Origin: Chloroflexota bacterium
GTDB lineage: Bacteria; Chloroflexota; UBA11872; VXOZ01
NCBI GenBank assembly: GCA_965221905.1
Contig: OZ244922.1
Coordinates: forward strand, 1,664,001 to 1,728,000
DNA length: 64,000 nucleotides
Reading direction: 5' to 3'
This document shows, one piece after another, positions 1-10,475 of this stretch (positions within the stretch are counted from its first letter, which is position 1; every line of letters begins with the position of its first letter). The notes beneath the pieces are model-generated. The model was given only the letters and a program-made list of their open reading frames with translations, had not been told where the DNA came from and did not search any database. The position numbers and the translations under genes are program-made.

Positions 1-912
1 CTTTCCGGCAACCAAGGCTCACCGGACGATGAAGAAGGTGAAGAAGTTGTGCGGCAGTTCGGCGCGGCGCAAGCACACGGCCGCGAGAATTTCTATAACT
101 TGGCGGGCAATCATGATGCTACGTTCTATACGGAGCCGACTCAATGGTGGTTCCGCAAGTGGGTTGACCCTACGGGTGAAAACCGGCAGTTTTCCGGTGT
201 GGATCCCTCCCGACGTCCCTATCCCGTGGAAGGGACGTGGGAGCGGTATGCCTTTCGGGCGGGCAATGTGCTCTTCCTGATGATGAGCGATCGGAATGAC
301 TTGCCGCCGCCGGTCGGCCGCAATCCAAAAGGGGGAGGCTACCCATCGGGGGCGGTTACGGGCGAGACCTTTGCGTGGTGGCAAGAGCAAGTAGAGAAGA
401 ATCCCGATAGCATCATTGTTTCTGCGCATCATCACATGCTCAAGGAGACCACTGTGGCGTCCGGTCCCTGGGAAGGATACCGCCAGGATGAAAATGGCGC
501 ATGGCGCGGCCACTACCACGGCTACTTTGCTGACGGCGGCCCGGCAGGCGCTTCGTATTTGTACTTCTTGGATGACAAACCCGATGCGCAGGCATTCGAA
601 GGCTACCTTGCGAGCCAGCCCGGTGCAATTGACCTGTGGCTCGGCGGCCATACCCATACCCATCCCAACGACCGCCACGGCGGACGGTCGCACGTCGAGC
701 GCAAGTGGGACGTGAGCTTCATCAACTGCGCCGCCCTTGCGCGCCATCACGCTGGGCGCACGACCCTACCTATGAGCCGCCTCTTGACGTTTACGTTAGG
801 CAGCGATGAGGTCCGCGTGCGGTGCTATCTCCACACCGCCGACTATGCGCCGCAAGGCTGGTATGCAAAGGCCGAACGTGTTGTCCGAATGGGGAAGCCG
901 TATCAACCGTAG
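1..912 (+). CDS. Metallophosphoesterase (calcineurin-like) family protein, 5' end outside window
   Basis: Frame is open from position 1; motifs LAGNHD, SAHHH and WLGGHTH. Confidence 0.75.
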   Translation, partial: LSGNQGSPDDEEGEEVVRQFGAAQAHGRENFYNLAGNHDATFYTEPTQWWFRKWVDPTGENRQFSGVDPSRRPYPVEGTWERYAFRAGNVLFLMMSDRNDLPPPVGRNPKGGGYPSGAVTGETFAWWQEQVEKNPDSIIVSAHHHMLKETTVASGPWEGYRQDENGAWRGHYHGYFADGGPAGASYLYFLDDKPDAQAFEGYLASQPGAIDLWLGGHTHTHPNDRHGGRSHVERKWDVSFINCAALARHHAGRTTLPMSRLLTFTLGSDEVRVRCYLHTADYAPQGWYAKAERVVRMGKPYQP

Positions 913-972
913 GGGGAGACTTTTCATGGCTCGGCCAGGCAAGCCGGACTGAGCAGAAGTGACGGGGATTTG

Positions 973-1007
973 CCCTCACCCTAGCCCTCTCCCTCGTGGA
1001 GAGGGGA
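973..1007. repeat. REP-like palindromic element, family A (CCCTCACCCT...CTCTCCC...GGAGAGGG)
   Basis: Near-identical copies at 35462-35495 and 46320-46355, partial copy at 47283-47305; all intergenic near gene 3' ends. Confidence 0.7.
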
Positions 1008-1146
1008 CGCCGGGCTCCAGGATAGGGGAGAATTGCTCCGGACCATGGATGCGCAGAGGTTTCCCTTATGGAGAGTGCATAAGCGGGCAGTTTCAACTCG
1101 TTTGAAAACTGTGAAAAAGACAGTTTATAGACTGTGAGGAGGATAA

Positions 1147-1569
1147 ATGAACGCGCGAGCTAACTCTGAAAAGTATCAGTTCTACGGCATTCAGCCCGTG
1201 CTGGAAGTCGCGGATGTTGAAGCTACGGCGGCGTGGTACTGCGAGATCCTGGGGTTCTCACTGGACTTCGTGGACATGGCACACGGCGGGCATGCCCGGG
1301 TCTCTATTGGCGGCGGGGCCGGCAAGAGTCCCCAGCGTATGCGATTCACCGGCTACCGCCGCCGCCACGGCACTGAACCGATAACGGCGGGATACACCTA
1401 TGTCCACTGTGTGCTGATAGACGAACTCTACGCAGAGTATCGGCAGAAGAGCGTCACGATCCGACCGGAGTATGAAAACGGGCCTGTCACCAAGCCATAC
1501 GGTTTACGCGAATTCGAAATAGAAGACTGTAACGGCCATATCCTGCTCTTCGCCCAAGAGGGTGGATAA
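1147..1569 (+). CDS. VOC/glyoxalase/bleomycin-resistance family protein
   Basis: PVLEVADVEATAAWYCEILGF and PYGLREFEIEDCNGH motifs; strong RBS GAGGAGG. Confidence 0.85.
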   Translation: MNARANSEKYQFYGIQPVLEVADVEATAAWYCEILGFSLDFVDMAHGGHARVSIGGGAGKSPQRMRFTGYRRRHGTEPITAGYTYVHCVLIDELYAEYRQKSVTIRPEYENGPVTKPYGLREFEIEDCNGHILLFAQEGG

Positions 1570-1600
1570 AGGCAGCGCGCCGATTTGACCCAGAAGCAGG

Positions 1601-3052
1601 CTAGTCTGCTAATGAATCTACCGTCCAATCGTCCAGCGGCGTGAATTGGGTGGTATCGAGCGTAAAGCCGTAGCCGAACGGCGCGTCCACGATGCTCGAT
1701 ACGTCCACGCGCCCTTGCCGCACGTCGAGCGCAGGAAACCCTTCCTCGTGGCGGCGATAGAAAGTGCTGTGGCTCGCGAGCACCTGAGACTGGACGCTCT
1801 GCGGGTACATGCTCAGTCCCGCAAAGTAGTGATGGCCGTTGCGTTCGGCGTGTGTAATTCCGAGATTCGCCGCCACGGTGAGGTCTTGAATCATGGCAAC
1901 CGGCCCCACGCTGCAGAGGTCTTCGCTGCTCAAGATAAACGCGCGACTTGGATCGCGCTGACGAAAATGAGCAAGGAGACAGGCGTTCACGATCCCGCGA
2001 AAGACTCCTTTGCAGTTCTTGTGACTGCCGCCGGCATAGCCGCAAGCCAAGGCGTCGGCAAGGCTGTTCAACTCGCCATCGGACTCATCGATGATCAACG
2101 GCGGGCGGTCATGCCAGCGCTGGAGGTCCGCTTGCACAGACTCCCCGAGCGCAACGTCGCGATGGAACGGCTGCTCCACGAAGAGCGCACGGTCAAGGAA
2201 GGAACGGAGTGAAGGTTCGGACTGAATCGTCTCCCAGAAACGCTGAAACGGGCCGACTTCCGTGTAGAATTCGTTGCCGTCCAGCGTGTGGGCGTAATCG
2301 TCGGGCGCATGCGATTCCATGATCCGTGCAATGCGCTGCAGCCGCTTGATGTCTGCGCCAGTTTCACCAGATAACTTGATTTTAAGGTGCGTCAGGCCGT
2401 AGAAGCGAACGCTCGCTTCCAGGGATTGGGGTAGTCCGTCTTCTAGGCGTTCTTCTTGGGGAACATCGCTATCGGTAATCGGGTCGGCCAAGCCAACCGT
2501 GTGACGGATGATCATAGTACGATTGGCGCGATCCGGCAGCAGCGCGGCGGGTTCTTTACCGGCAAGCTCCCGATGGAGGGCCTCGAGTCGCACGCCGAGA
2601 GAATTGTCCCGCACCGCTTGCTCGAACGACCTGCCGGTGGCGCGGCAGAAGGCGTCGACCAAGGCCCGTTCCACCATGCTCACGCCAAAGCCCCAGAGCA
2701 GGGGTGGAAAGCTCGTTTCGGCCGCCCACGCTGTCTGGCGTTGGAAGACCTCTTCCCAAAGATCGAACGGGCTCGCGGCTGCAGGCGCGTCAAGGGCAAA
2801 CTTTACCGCTTGCCGAATCACCGTGAGCATCTCGTCGAGGTCTTCGGCAAAAGACGTTTCGGGATTCTTGGTAAACCACTTCGGCGGCAGACCTTCTGCG
2901 GAAACGCCAACGGCAGTCGCTCCGTCAACTCTTGCGGTCACACGCAAAAAGAGGTGGGGAACAGACTCCAGCGAGGCAATGCCGTACCGAAACGGCATGC
3001 GAGTCCGCATGTTGAGGACGTTAAGATCAATGTCTTGGACTGAGATATTCAA
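1601..3052 (-). CDS. Enolase-superfamily (mandelate racemase/muconate lactonizing enzyme-like) protein
   Basis: KxK motif (LKIKL) and metal ligands LDGNE, VEQP, IDES. TTG start at 3052 is inferred; the ORF track extends to 3193. Confidence 0.7.
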   Translation of the reverse strand: MNISVQDIDLNVLNMRTRMPFRYGIASLESVPHLFLRVTARVDGATAVGVSAEGLPPKWFTKNPETSFAEDLDEMLTVIRQAVKFALDAPAAASPFDLWEEVFQRQTAWAAETSFPPLLWGFGVSMVERALVDAFCRATGRSFEQAVRDNSLGVRLEALHRELAGKEPAALLPDRANRTMIIRHTVGLADPITDSDVPQEERLEDGLPQSLEASVRFYGLTHLKIKLSGETGADIKRLQRIARIMESHAPDDYAHTLDGNEFYTEVGPFQRFWETIQSEPSLRSFLDRALFVEQPFHRDVALGESVQADLQRWHDRPPLIIDESDGELNSLADALACGYAGGSHKNCKGVFRGIVNACLLAHFRQRDPSRAFILSSEDLCSVGPVAMIQDLTVAANLGITHAERNGHHYFAGLSMYPQSVQSQVLASHSTFYRRHEEGFPALDVRQGRVDVSSIVDAPFGYGFTLDTTQFTPLDDWTVDSLAD

Positions 3053-3354
3053 AGAGATGCATCCAGTTTTGGCTTGCTCTGCTCCATGATACCCCGCAGC
3101 ACGCGCGAATTCATCTCCACGTGCGCAAGGCACTTCGACAAGCGCAGTGGAAACTCTGTCGAAGCACGTGCCAGCCGGTGTCATCTTTCCCAAACCGGAG
3201 AGTATCCAGGAGGGATAGTGCTCCCATTTACTCTCGGTGTGGATAGACAGGCAGCGCCCATGCGCTATTCTCTCAGATTGCTTTCATATAAGTTTGACAT
3301 GATATAGGGAAAGTGCCCGCAACAACTGGGAATAAGTGGAGGAACTAGAGTGAA

Positions 3355-4332
3355 ATGGCGCGAAACAGATTCCTTTGGCGGATATTCGGTCTGTACCTTA
3401 TCAGCGGTCTGCTCATTGGATGCGCCGTAACGCCTGCTGCGACTGCTCCCAGCCAAACTGCGGAGCCGCGCAAGGAGGCTCCTGTAGAGGCCCCTTCAAA
3501 AGCTCCTGAAAAGGCTCAGAGCGTCGTGAACATCCTGCTGCTTGGCGTGGATTCATGGGATACACTTTCAGGCCGCAGTGATGCTATTGTCATGGTCAGC
3601 GTAGACTTGGAACACGAGCGCGTGTTGCTGACATCCGTGCCGCGGGACTTGCGCGTCAACCTCGGCGATCTCCCACAGCCGCAGCGCATCAATGCCGCGT
3701 ATGCGTATGGCGGCGGCGAACTGGCGCGCGCCACGCTCGAGCGAGTGCTCGATGTTGAAATTCCCTACTATGCGGTCGTGAACTTTGCCGGTTTCGCGCG
3801 CATAATCGATACGCTTGGCGGTGTAACGGTTGACGTTCCGGAGAACATCATTGACTTGGAGTTTCCGGCAGTAGACGGCATAGAATACGAGCCGTTTGTG
3901 CTGCTGGCGGGCGTCCATCACTTCGACGGCGAAACTGCGCTAAAATATGCGCGGACGCGCAAGTCTAGCGAGAATGGTGACTTCAGCCGGATGAACCGTC
4001 AGCATCAGGTGATGCGGGCACTTAAAGCGCAGGCGCTGACGCCCCGCACGCTGCTCCATATTCCAGCCCTCTACAGGGATTTCCGTTTTGCGGTCGACAC
4101 CAACATCTCGCTAGAGATAGTCCTGCGCCTGGCTAGGGTTGCCAGCAGCATTGAGGGAGACTCCGTGGAATCCTATGCGATAGATGAGGCGTCCGGGCTA
4201 GTAACTTCCCAGATGGTCGACGGGATGTTTGTACTCGAACCTGATCTCGTCGGCATTCGAACGGCAGTAAGCGAGAGAATCTCATCGCTTGCTGAAGAAG
4301 GGACGCAGGTTGTGGGAGCGGCAGGCTCCTGA
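3355..4332 (+). CDS. LCP (LytR-CpsA-Psr) family lipoprotein
   Basis: NILLLGVD, GRSDAI, SVPRD, RINAAYAYGG, YARTR and DFSRMNRQ motifs; lipobox-like LLIGC. Confidence 0.92.
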   Translation: MARNRFLWRIFGLYLISGLLIGCAVTPAATAPSQTAEPRKEAPVEAPSKAPEKAQSVVNILLLGVDSWDTLSGRSDAIVMVSVDLEHERVLLTSVPRDLRVNLGDLPQPQRINAAYAYGGGELARATLERVLDVEIPYYAVVNFAGFARIIDTLGGVTVDVPENIIDLEFPAVDGIEYEPFVLLAGVHHFDGETALKYARTRKSSENGDFSRMNRQHQVMRALKAQALTPRTLLHIPALYRDFRFAVDTNISLEIVLRLARVASSIEGDSVESYAIDEASGLVTSQMVDGMFVLEPDLVGIRTAVSERISSLAEEGTQVVGAAGS

Positions 4333-4441
4333 GTCGCCCTGGATTCACAGAGCGCATTCGGTCGGGCGCGAATTCCCTTGCCCAGTGTGATCACATTAGA
4401 GAAGGGCGCGGTTGGTAAGACCCCATTTGCGCCAAGTGGAT

Positions 4442-4507
4442 CGCAGGTTTGTAACCTGCGCTACCGGGAATGGCGACTCATGCTGGGCGCAGGTAGCAAG
4501 ACCTGCG
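4442..4507. repeat. REP-like hairpins, family C (GCGCAGGTT..AACCTGCGCTAC), two copies
   Basis: Two CGCAGGT/ACCTGCG inverted repeats between convergent genes; third copy at 36335-36361. Confidence 0.65.
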
Positions 4508-4600
4508 TCAAATGACTTCGCCTGAGCGGCGTAAAGTGATTCCCCTGGGCGGATCGATCGCCCTGCTTTTCACGGTGCCGCTTGGTCGGACAGCGCCGGC

Positions 4601-5527
4601 CTAGATGCCCATCACGTCGACCAACTCGCGGACCGCGTCCGCAGATTGATTGAGCAAGGTGCTTTCTTCTGCGGTGAGGTCGAGCTCAACGATACTCTCT
4701 ACGCCGCCTGCGCCAAGTTGTATCAAGACGCCAACGTAGACCCCGCTGATGCCATACTCGCCCTCCAAGTAAGCCGCGCACGGCAAGACCCGTTTCTGGT
4801 CGAGCAAAATAGCGTCGATCATCTCGACAAGCGCCGCGCCCGGCGCTTCATAAGCGCTGCCCAGCTTGAGGAGGTTCACGATCTCGGCGCCGCCGTCGCG
4901 GGTGCGCTGAATGATCTCTTCCAACCGCTCAGGCGCGATGAAGTCGGTGATCGGTTTGCCGGAAACGCTGGAATACCGTGGCAGCGGGACCATCTGGTCG
5001 CCGTGGCCGCCGAGCACGTAGCCGGTAATGTCGCGCATAGAGACACCGAGCTCTTGGGCGAGAAACGTCCGGTAGCGGGCTGAATCGAGCACGCCGCCCT
5101 GTCCCACGACGCGGTTCGTGGGAAAGCCGCTTACTCTCCAGGCGAGTTGCGTCATGGCATCAACGGGATTGGTGACGACGATGATGATGCAGTCGGGCGA
5201 ATGCTTGGCAATTTCGCCGGTTACGGCGGTGATCACCTTCTGATTAACGGCCAGCAAGTCGTCGCGACTCATACCGGGCCTGCGGGGACTGCCACTGGTA
5301 ATAACGACCAGGTCGGACCCGGCGGTATCGGCATAGTCATTAGTGCCGACGATGCTGGAGTCGTAGTTGACTATTGGCGCTGCCTGCAGGATGTCGAGCG
5401 CTTTTCCTTGGGGCAACCCCTCAACGATGTCAATCAACACGATATCCGCATAATCCCGCTCAGCTAAGCGCCGGGCGCAGGAGCCGCCGACTTGGCCGGC
5501 GCCAACTATTGTCACTTTCTTACGCAT
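4601..5527 (-). CDS. mdh: Malate dehydrogenase (LDH-like)
   Basis: GAGQVG Rossmann motif, PRRPGMSRDDL substrate loop, VTNPVD, LDSAR, GGHGD. Confidence 0.96.
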   Translation of the reverse strand: MRKKVTIVGAGQVGGSCARRLAERDYADIVLIDIVEGLPQGKALDILQAAPIVNYDSSIVGTNDYADTAGSDLVVITSGSPRRPGMSRDDLLAVNQKVITAVTGEIAKHSPDCIIIVVTNPVDAMTQLAWRVSGFPTNRVVGQGGVLDSARYRTFLAQELGVSMRDITGYVLGGHGDQMVPLPRYSSVSGKPITDFIAPERLEEIIQRTRDGGAEIVNLLKLGSAYEAPGAALVEMIDAILLDQKRVLPCAAYLEGEYGISGVYVGVLIQLGAGGVESIVELDLTAEESTLLNQSADAVRELVDVMGI

Positions 5528-5753
5528 TACTTGATGACCTCCATTGTCCTATTCATGTCTTCATGCCAACTGAGTGCTGAATTGTCGTGTCCACGTGAGG
5601 CGTGGAGTCGCATGGGGTTTCGTGTATGTTAGCGCACGCATCGGCGCTGCCAGGCATTGTTGTCGTGTCTTCGGGGTACTTAGCAAGCAGTCAGAACACA
5701 ATTCCACAAGACACGGTTGCCGGGATTGCAGGTGCACGCCAGCTCCACGCGAG

Positions 5754-6644
5754 CTATGCCAGCGGCAGCGCATGCAGGCGTTCCCGCACCGGATTGGTGG
5801 AAACGACGTGACGATTGAGGCCCAGGGCCGCCTCGTCGATGCCCAGCGCCATACCGATAAGTTGGGAGAGGTGGAGAATCGGCAGATTGAGAGGCGTCTG
5901 CACAACTCTGGCGGCATCAGGCTGCTGGGCGTCTAGATTCAAGTGACAGAGCGGGCAGGGCGTTACCATGAAGTCGGCGCCCTTCCCCTGTGCTTCACCC
6001 ACATGGTTACCGGCCATTGTGAGCGAATTTGTGCGGTTCATGGTGATGATGGGGAAGCCGCAGCACTTCTTCTTGCCGGAATAGTCCACCGGCGTGGCGC
6101 CACAGGCCTCGATAATCATCTCGAGGTAGCGCCCGCGCTCGGGGAAGTCGTGGTAACCGAGCACGTCGGTGGGGCGTGAGATATAGCAGCCGTAGAAGGG
6201 CGCAACGTTCAGTTCGGTAAGAGGACGTTTCACGAGCGACCTCAGGTTATCCAGACCAAAGTCTTCTACTAATACCCACATGAAGTTGCGGGGATCGGCA
6301 TTGCCTGAATACGCTAAGTCTTCCTCAGCGAGCATCTCATTGATCTCTGCCAAATACTCCGGGCGCGCCTTGAGCCGCTCATTGACGCTGCTCATAACGC
6401 CCTGACACGTGCTGCAGATGTTCATGAGCGGGAGCCCGGTCTGCTCCGCGAGTGCAAAGTTGCGCGCGTTCAGAGCGTCGGCCAGTTTCTGGTTGCGCTC
6501 GCTGATTACGCCGGCCCCGGTGCACGAAGCGGTCTCCATGAGTTCCAGTTCCATGCCGATGTGTTCCGCTACGGCGGTGAGCGACTGCATCAGTTCAGGA
6601 CACGCGCCGCGGGAGACGCAACCGGGAAAGAAGGCATACTTCAC
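5754..6644 (-). CDS. CCG-domain, HdrB-like anchor subunit of a type-E succinate dehydrogenase/fumarate reductase
   Basis: FFPGC, SCTG, CSTC, FYGC, KCCG and PCPLC motifs; start overlaps the sdhB stop; no transmembrane cytochrome b features. Confidence 0.88.
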   Translation of the reverse strand: MKYAFFPGCVSRGACPELMQSLTAVAEHIGMELELMETASCTGAGVISERNQKLADALNARNFALAEQTGLPLMNICSTCQGVMSSVNERLKARPEYLAEINEMLAEEDLAYSGNADPRNFMWVLVEDFGLDNLRSLVKRPLTELNVAPFYGCYISRPTDVLGYHDFPERGRYLEMIIEACGATPVDYSGKKKCCGFPIITMNRTNSLTMAGNHVGEAQGKGADFMVTPCPLCHLNLDAQQPDAARVVQTPLNLPILHLSQLIGMALGIDEAALGLNRHVVSTNPVRERLHALPLA

Positions 6645-7636
6645 TGTGAGGATTTCACTCCTTGTGCAGACTCAACTGCTTGTGCGGAGTCCACCTTTTC
6701 AAAGAGGCGCTTTACGTTGCCATGGTCCGGAATCTTGTGATGGAACGGGCCGGAAGCCAACGGCAGTTTGCCGGCGCGCAGGAGACGCAGGCCGCCGGGC
6801 ACATTCTTAACCTGCTCGACCGGATTCAGGCCAATCGAACGGAGCAAGAGCATCGGCTCATCCAGAATGCCGCTGTCCCGGATGATGCCTTCAAAAGCTT
6901 TCGCATGGCGCGTACCGGCATTGTTCGTTACGCCGGCGTGCTGGGCGCGCTCGCGAATTTCCACGATGCGCTCCAGCGGCGCGACGCCTTTCGGACAGAC
7001 CTCAACACAGAAGAAGCAATGGGTGCAGTCATAGACTCCGCCGTAGTCGCTGAGCTCTTCCAGGCGCTCCTGTCTGGCATCGTCGCGTGGGTCGTCAACG
7101 AAGCGGTAGGCTTTTGCCAGCGCCGCCGGGCCGATGAAGTTCTTGTCGACTTCCAACGACGTGCAATCGGAAACGCATGCGCCGCACATGATGCAATTCA
7201 TAGCCACGGTGAGGTCGAGAATTGTCTCGTTGGGTACCAGATATTCACGCTCAGGCACAGGCTGAATCGGCTCCAGCCATGGTTTTACCTGGCGAATCTT
7301 GTTCCAGAACACGTCCATATCCACTATCAGGTCTTTGAGCACCGGCATGTTGCCGCCCGGCTCGACCGTGATCATCTCGGAGTTATCCTGCATTTCCTTG
7401 GCTTTGGTAGCGCAGGCCAACCGTGCCTGACCATTGACGCGCACCATGCAGGAGCCGCAAATGGCGGACCGGCATGAGCAACGTACGGCAAGCGTGCCGT
7501 CAATGTACTCGCGAATGTGGATGAGGCAGTCCAACACAGTGGAAGTTTCCGGTAGATCCACGTCATACGCACGCCAGTAAGGGGCCGGATTTTCCGCCTC
7601 GGGATCGTAGCGCCGCACGTTGAGCTTGAACTGCAT
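6641..7636 (-). CDS. sdhB: Succinate dehydrogenase/fumarate reductase iron-sulfur subunit
   Basis: SCRSAICGSC [2Fe-2S] motif plus CIMCGACVSDC and CTHCFFCVEVCP. Confidence 0.95.
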   Translation of the reverse strand: MQFKLNVRRYDPEAENPAPYWRAYDVDLPETSTVLDCLIHIREYIDGTLAVRCSCRSAICGSCMVRVNGQARLACATKAKEMQDNSEMITVEPGGNMPVLKDLIVDMDVFWNKIRQVKPWLEPIQPVPEREYLVPNETILDLTVAMNCIMCGACVSDCTSLEVDKNFIGPAALAKAYRFVDDPRDDARQERLEELSDYGGVYDCTHCFFCVEVCPKGVAPLERIVEIRERAQHAGVTNNAGTRHAKAFEGIIRDSGILDEPMLLLRSIGLNPVEQVKNVPGGLRLLRAGKLPLASGPFHHKIPDHGNVKRLFEKVDSAQAVESAQGVKSSQ

Positions 7637-9313
7637 CTAGTACGTTCTCCTCGCGGGTTGCCACTGGGTGATCGTGACTGGCAACGTCTCCAACCGCGCT
7701 CCCTTGCCACTTTGGTAGACCAGCGTGTGTTTCAGCCAATCGTCGTCATTGCGGTCGGGGTAATCGGTGCGGAAGTGGGCTCCACGGCTCTCCGTGCGGT
7801 ACAGCGCACTCGCTACGATTGCCTCGGCCACGTCGAGCATCAGTCCGACTTCCAAGGCGAAGAGAAGGTCGGTGTTAAATACCTTCCCCTTGTCGTCGAC
7901 GCTGACGTTTTGAAAGCGCTCCTTAAGGTTTGCCACTATAGATTGCGCTTCTTCCAGGTCCTTTTGATTGCGGTAAACGCCAACGTGGTCGTGCATGGTT
8001 TGTCCCATGGAAAGCCGAAGCGCTGCTGCACGCTCGCCGTTGTTGCCGTTGCGAGCCAAGATGCTGCTGATGTGCTCCCGGTCTTCCTGCAAGCGCGATT
8101 CCGGCACGTCTGGGGTGGAGATACTGTCCGCATACAACACCGCGGACGTGCCCGCCCGCTTGCCGAATACGAGGGTGTCGAGAAGTGAGTTGGCCCCAAG
8201 GCGGTTGCCGCCATGTACCGAGACGCACGCCGTTTCGCCGGCGGCGTAGAGGCCCTTGACGAACGTCGCCCCTTCGATGTCAGTTTTGATGCCACCCATC
8301 ATGTAGTGCATGCCGGGCCGCACAGGGCAGGGCTCTTCGATAATGTCCACGCCTTCATATTCGAGCCCAAGCTCGCGAATCTGGCTGAGCTTTTGCAGAA
8401 TTGTGTTGCGGTCGATGTGGCGAACGTCGAGGAGAACACAGCCGTCTATGTCGCGGCCTTCGTTGATTTCGGTCTGCTCGGCACGCGAGACTACATCTCT
8501 GGAGGCAAGCTCCATCATATTCGGCGCGTAGCGCTTCATGAAGCGCTCGCCGTTGGCGTTGATGAGATAGGCTCCCTCGCCGCGTGCCCCTTCCGTCATT
8601 AGCGCGCCGTTACCGGGAAGCGTGGTGGGGTGATACTGGACCATCTCCATGTCCATCAGGGGCGCTCCCACCCGATAGGCCTGGGCGTAACCGTCACCGG
8701 TGCAAATCAGGGCGTTGCTACTGGGTTCATAGACGCGACCGGCGCCGCCAGTGCAGAGAATCACGGCTTTGGCTTTGATCAGATGGAGCTCGCCGGTGCG
8801 CATGTCCATTGCCACTACACCGCAGACGGTATCGTTTTGGCGCACGAGCGAGGTCACGAACCATTCTTCATAGACCCTGGTTCCCGCCTTCATGAGCTGC
8901 TCGTAAATGACGTGGAGCAGCACTTGGCCGGTAATGTCCGCCACGTAGCAGGTACGCTTGCGTGCCTGGCCGCCGAAGGCGCGCAGGTCAATTTGGCCGC
9001 GGGGGCCACGATTGAAGATGACGCCCATGTGTTCAAGCTCGATGATTGTCTCGGGAGCTTCACTGCAAAGCACTTCGATGGCGTCCTGGTCGCCCAGGAA
9101 GTCGCTGCCCTTCACCGTATCGTAGGCGTGATCTTCCCATGGATCGTCTTCTTCCATGGCGGCATTGATCCCGCCCTGTGCAGCATTCGAGTGGCTGCGT
9201 ACAGGGTGCACTTTCGAGAGTATGGCAACGCTCACGCCCTGCCGTGCCGCGTGCAGCGCAGCCTGCATGCCGGCAAGACCGGCGCCTACCACTATAACGT
9301 CATGCTCCAGCAT
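7637..9313 (-). CDS. sdhA: Succinate dehydrogenase/fumarate reductase flavoprotein subunit
   Basis: GAGLAG, RSHSNAAQGG (covalent FAD His), QYHPT, HYMMGG, HGGNRLGANSL, ESRGAH. Start set at MLEHDV (9313). Confidence 0.96.
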   Translation of the reverse strand: MLEHDVIVVGAGLAGMQAALHAARQGVSVAILSKVHPVRSHSNAAQGGINAAMEEDDPWEDHAYDTVKGSDFLGDQDAIEVLCSEAPETIIELEHMGVIFNRGPRGQIDLRAFGGQARKRTCYVADITGQVLLHVIYEQLMKAGTRVYEEWFVTSLVRQNDTVCGVVAMDMRTGELHLIKAKAVILCTGGAGRVYEPSSNALICTGDGYAQAYRVGAPLMDMEMVQYHPTTLPGNGALMTEGARGEGAYLINANGERFMKRYAPNMMELASRDVVSRAEQTEINEGRDIDGCVLLDVRHIDRNTILQKLSQIRELGLEYEGVDIIEEPCPVRPGMHYMMGGIKTDIEGATFVKGLYAAGETACVSVHGGNRLGANSLLDTLVFGKRAGTSAVLYADSISTPDVPESRLQEDREHISSILARNGNNGERAAALRLSMGQTMHDHVGVYRNQKDLEEAQSIVANLKERFQNVSVDDKGKVFNTDLLFALEVGLMLDVAEAIVASALYRTESRGAHFRTDYPDRNDDDWLKHTLVYQSGKGARLETLPVTITQWQPARRTY

Positions 9314-9478
9314 GAATTGGCACTCCCGTGCAATCGCTCTTCTTACCCGGCGCGCTGGCGCCGAGAATTGTTGCAAGGACTACTGCAAGAGTTACTACAA
9401 AATAGGCTGGAAAATTGCCTCGCCAAGTCCGACGTGGCGTACACGCTAAACTTCGGGAGTTACCAGCCCTCAGCCACT

Positions 9479-9508
9479 AGTATACAGTCCAAACAGCATG
9501 AATGTTAA
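9479..9508 (-). promoter_or_regulatory. Possible sigma70-type promoter for the sdh operon
   Basis: Minus strand reads TTAACA-N18-TATACT upstream of sdhA. Confidence 0.3.
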
Positions 9509-9608
9509 GCAAGTCTTCGACGCCCACCAGCAGGCGCACAAAAGCGAACCCCAACTTCATGGAGTCCGCTTGCGATAAATCTCGATTGAGGAGCGACACT
9601 CTTGCGTG

Positions 9609-10475
9609 TTAGCTCATCTGATCGAAGAGATTCTCCACCACGGTCATGGCGTTCTGCGTTACTTCCGGCCGGTTTCGCTTGATATGGTCCTCGAACGTAG
9701 GCTGCTGGGCTTGGTAATGGAGCCCCAAGTAGAGTGGGTCTTCGCTGGCAGCGTACTGCAGAGCGCTGCTGAAGTCGGTGGGATCAAAGTCGGCGGGCAG
9801 GTCTTCAGTGGCGTCCCGATAATACTTGAACGTATTGACCGTATTGAAGGTAGGGCACGGGCTGTACGTATCAATAAAAGCGAACCCCTCGTGCGCGATG
9901 CCGCGCGAGATAAGGTCGGCCAATTCCTTGGGCTTGCTTGAGAACCCACGGGCCACGAACGTGCAGCCGGTGGCAAGAGCGAGCAGAAGCGGATTTACTG
10001 CCGGATCGCTGGCCCCCTGCGGCGTTGCTTTCGTTGCAAGGCCGCGCTCGGCGGTGGGAGAGGTTTGCCCTTTGGTGAGACCGTAGACGGCGTTATCCAT
10101 CACCACGTAGCAAATGTTGAGGTTGCGGCGGATGGCGTGGATAAGATGCCCGACACCGATGGCAAAAGCATCGCCGTCTCCGCCCATTGCGAGAACTGGC
10201 ATATCAGGCTGCACCGCGCGAATCCCGGCGGCAACGGGCATAGCGCGTCCGTGCACCGTGTGGAAGCCGTAGGCATTGGTGAAGAAGGGCAGGCGGCTGG
10301 AGCAGCCGATACCCGATACGATGATAACGTTCTTGGGATCGAAATTGTGTTCGCTCAGCGCCTTGAAAACGGAGGTTAGAACGCCAAAGTCGCCGCAACC
10401 GGGGCACCAGGTTGGGCGCTCATCGCCCTTATAGTCGGCGACCTTTCGCTTCTCTACGGTTACTACACTAGACAT
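9609..10475 (-). CDS. korB: 2-oxoacid:ferredoxin oxidoreductase beta subunit
   Basis: WCPGCGD, SGIGCS, HGR, GDGD...MDN TPP motif, YGLTKGQ. Confidence 0.93.
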   Translation of the reverse strand: MSSVVTVEKRKVADYKGDERPTWCPGCGDFGVLTSVFKALSEHNFDPKNVIIVSGIGCSSRLPFFTNAYGFHTVHGRAMPVAAGIRAVQPDMPVLAMGGDGDAFAIGVGHLIHAIRRNLNICYVVMDNAVYGLTKGQTSPTAERGLATKATPQGASDPAVNPLLLALATGCTFVARGFSSKPKELADLISRGIAHEGFAFIDTYSPCPTFNTVNTFKYYRDATEDLPADFDPTDFSSALQYAASEDPLYLGLHYQAQQPTFEDHIKRNRPEVTQNAMTVVENLFDQMS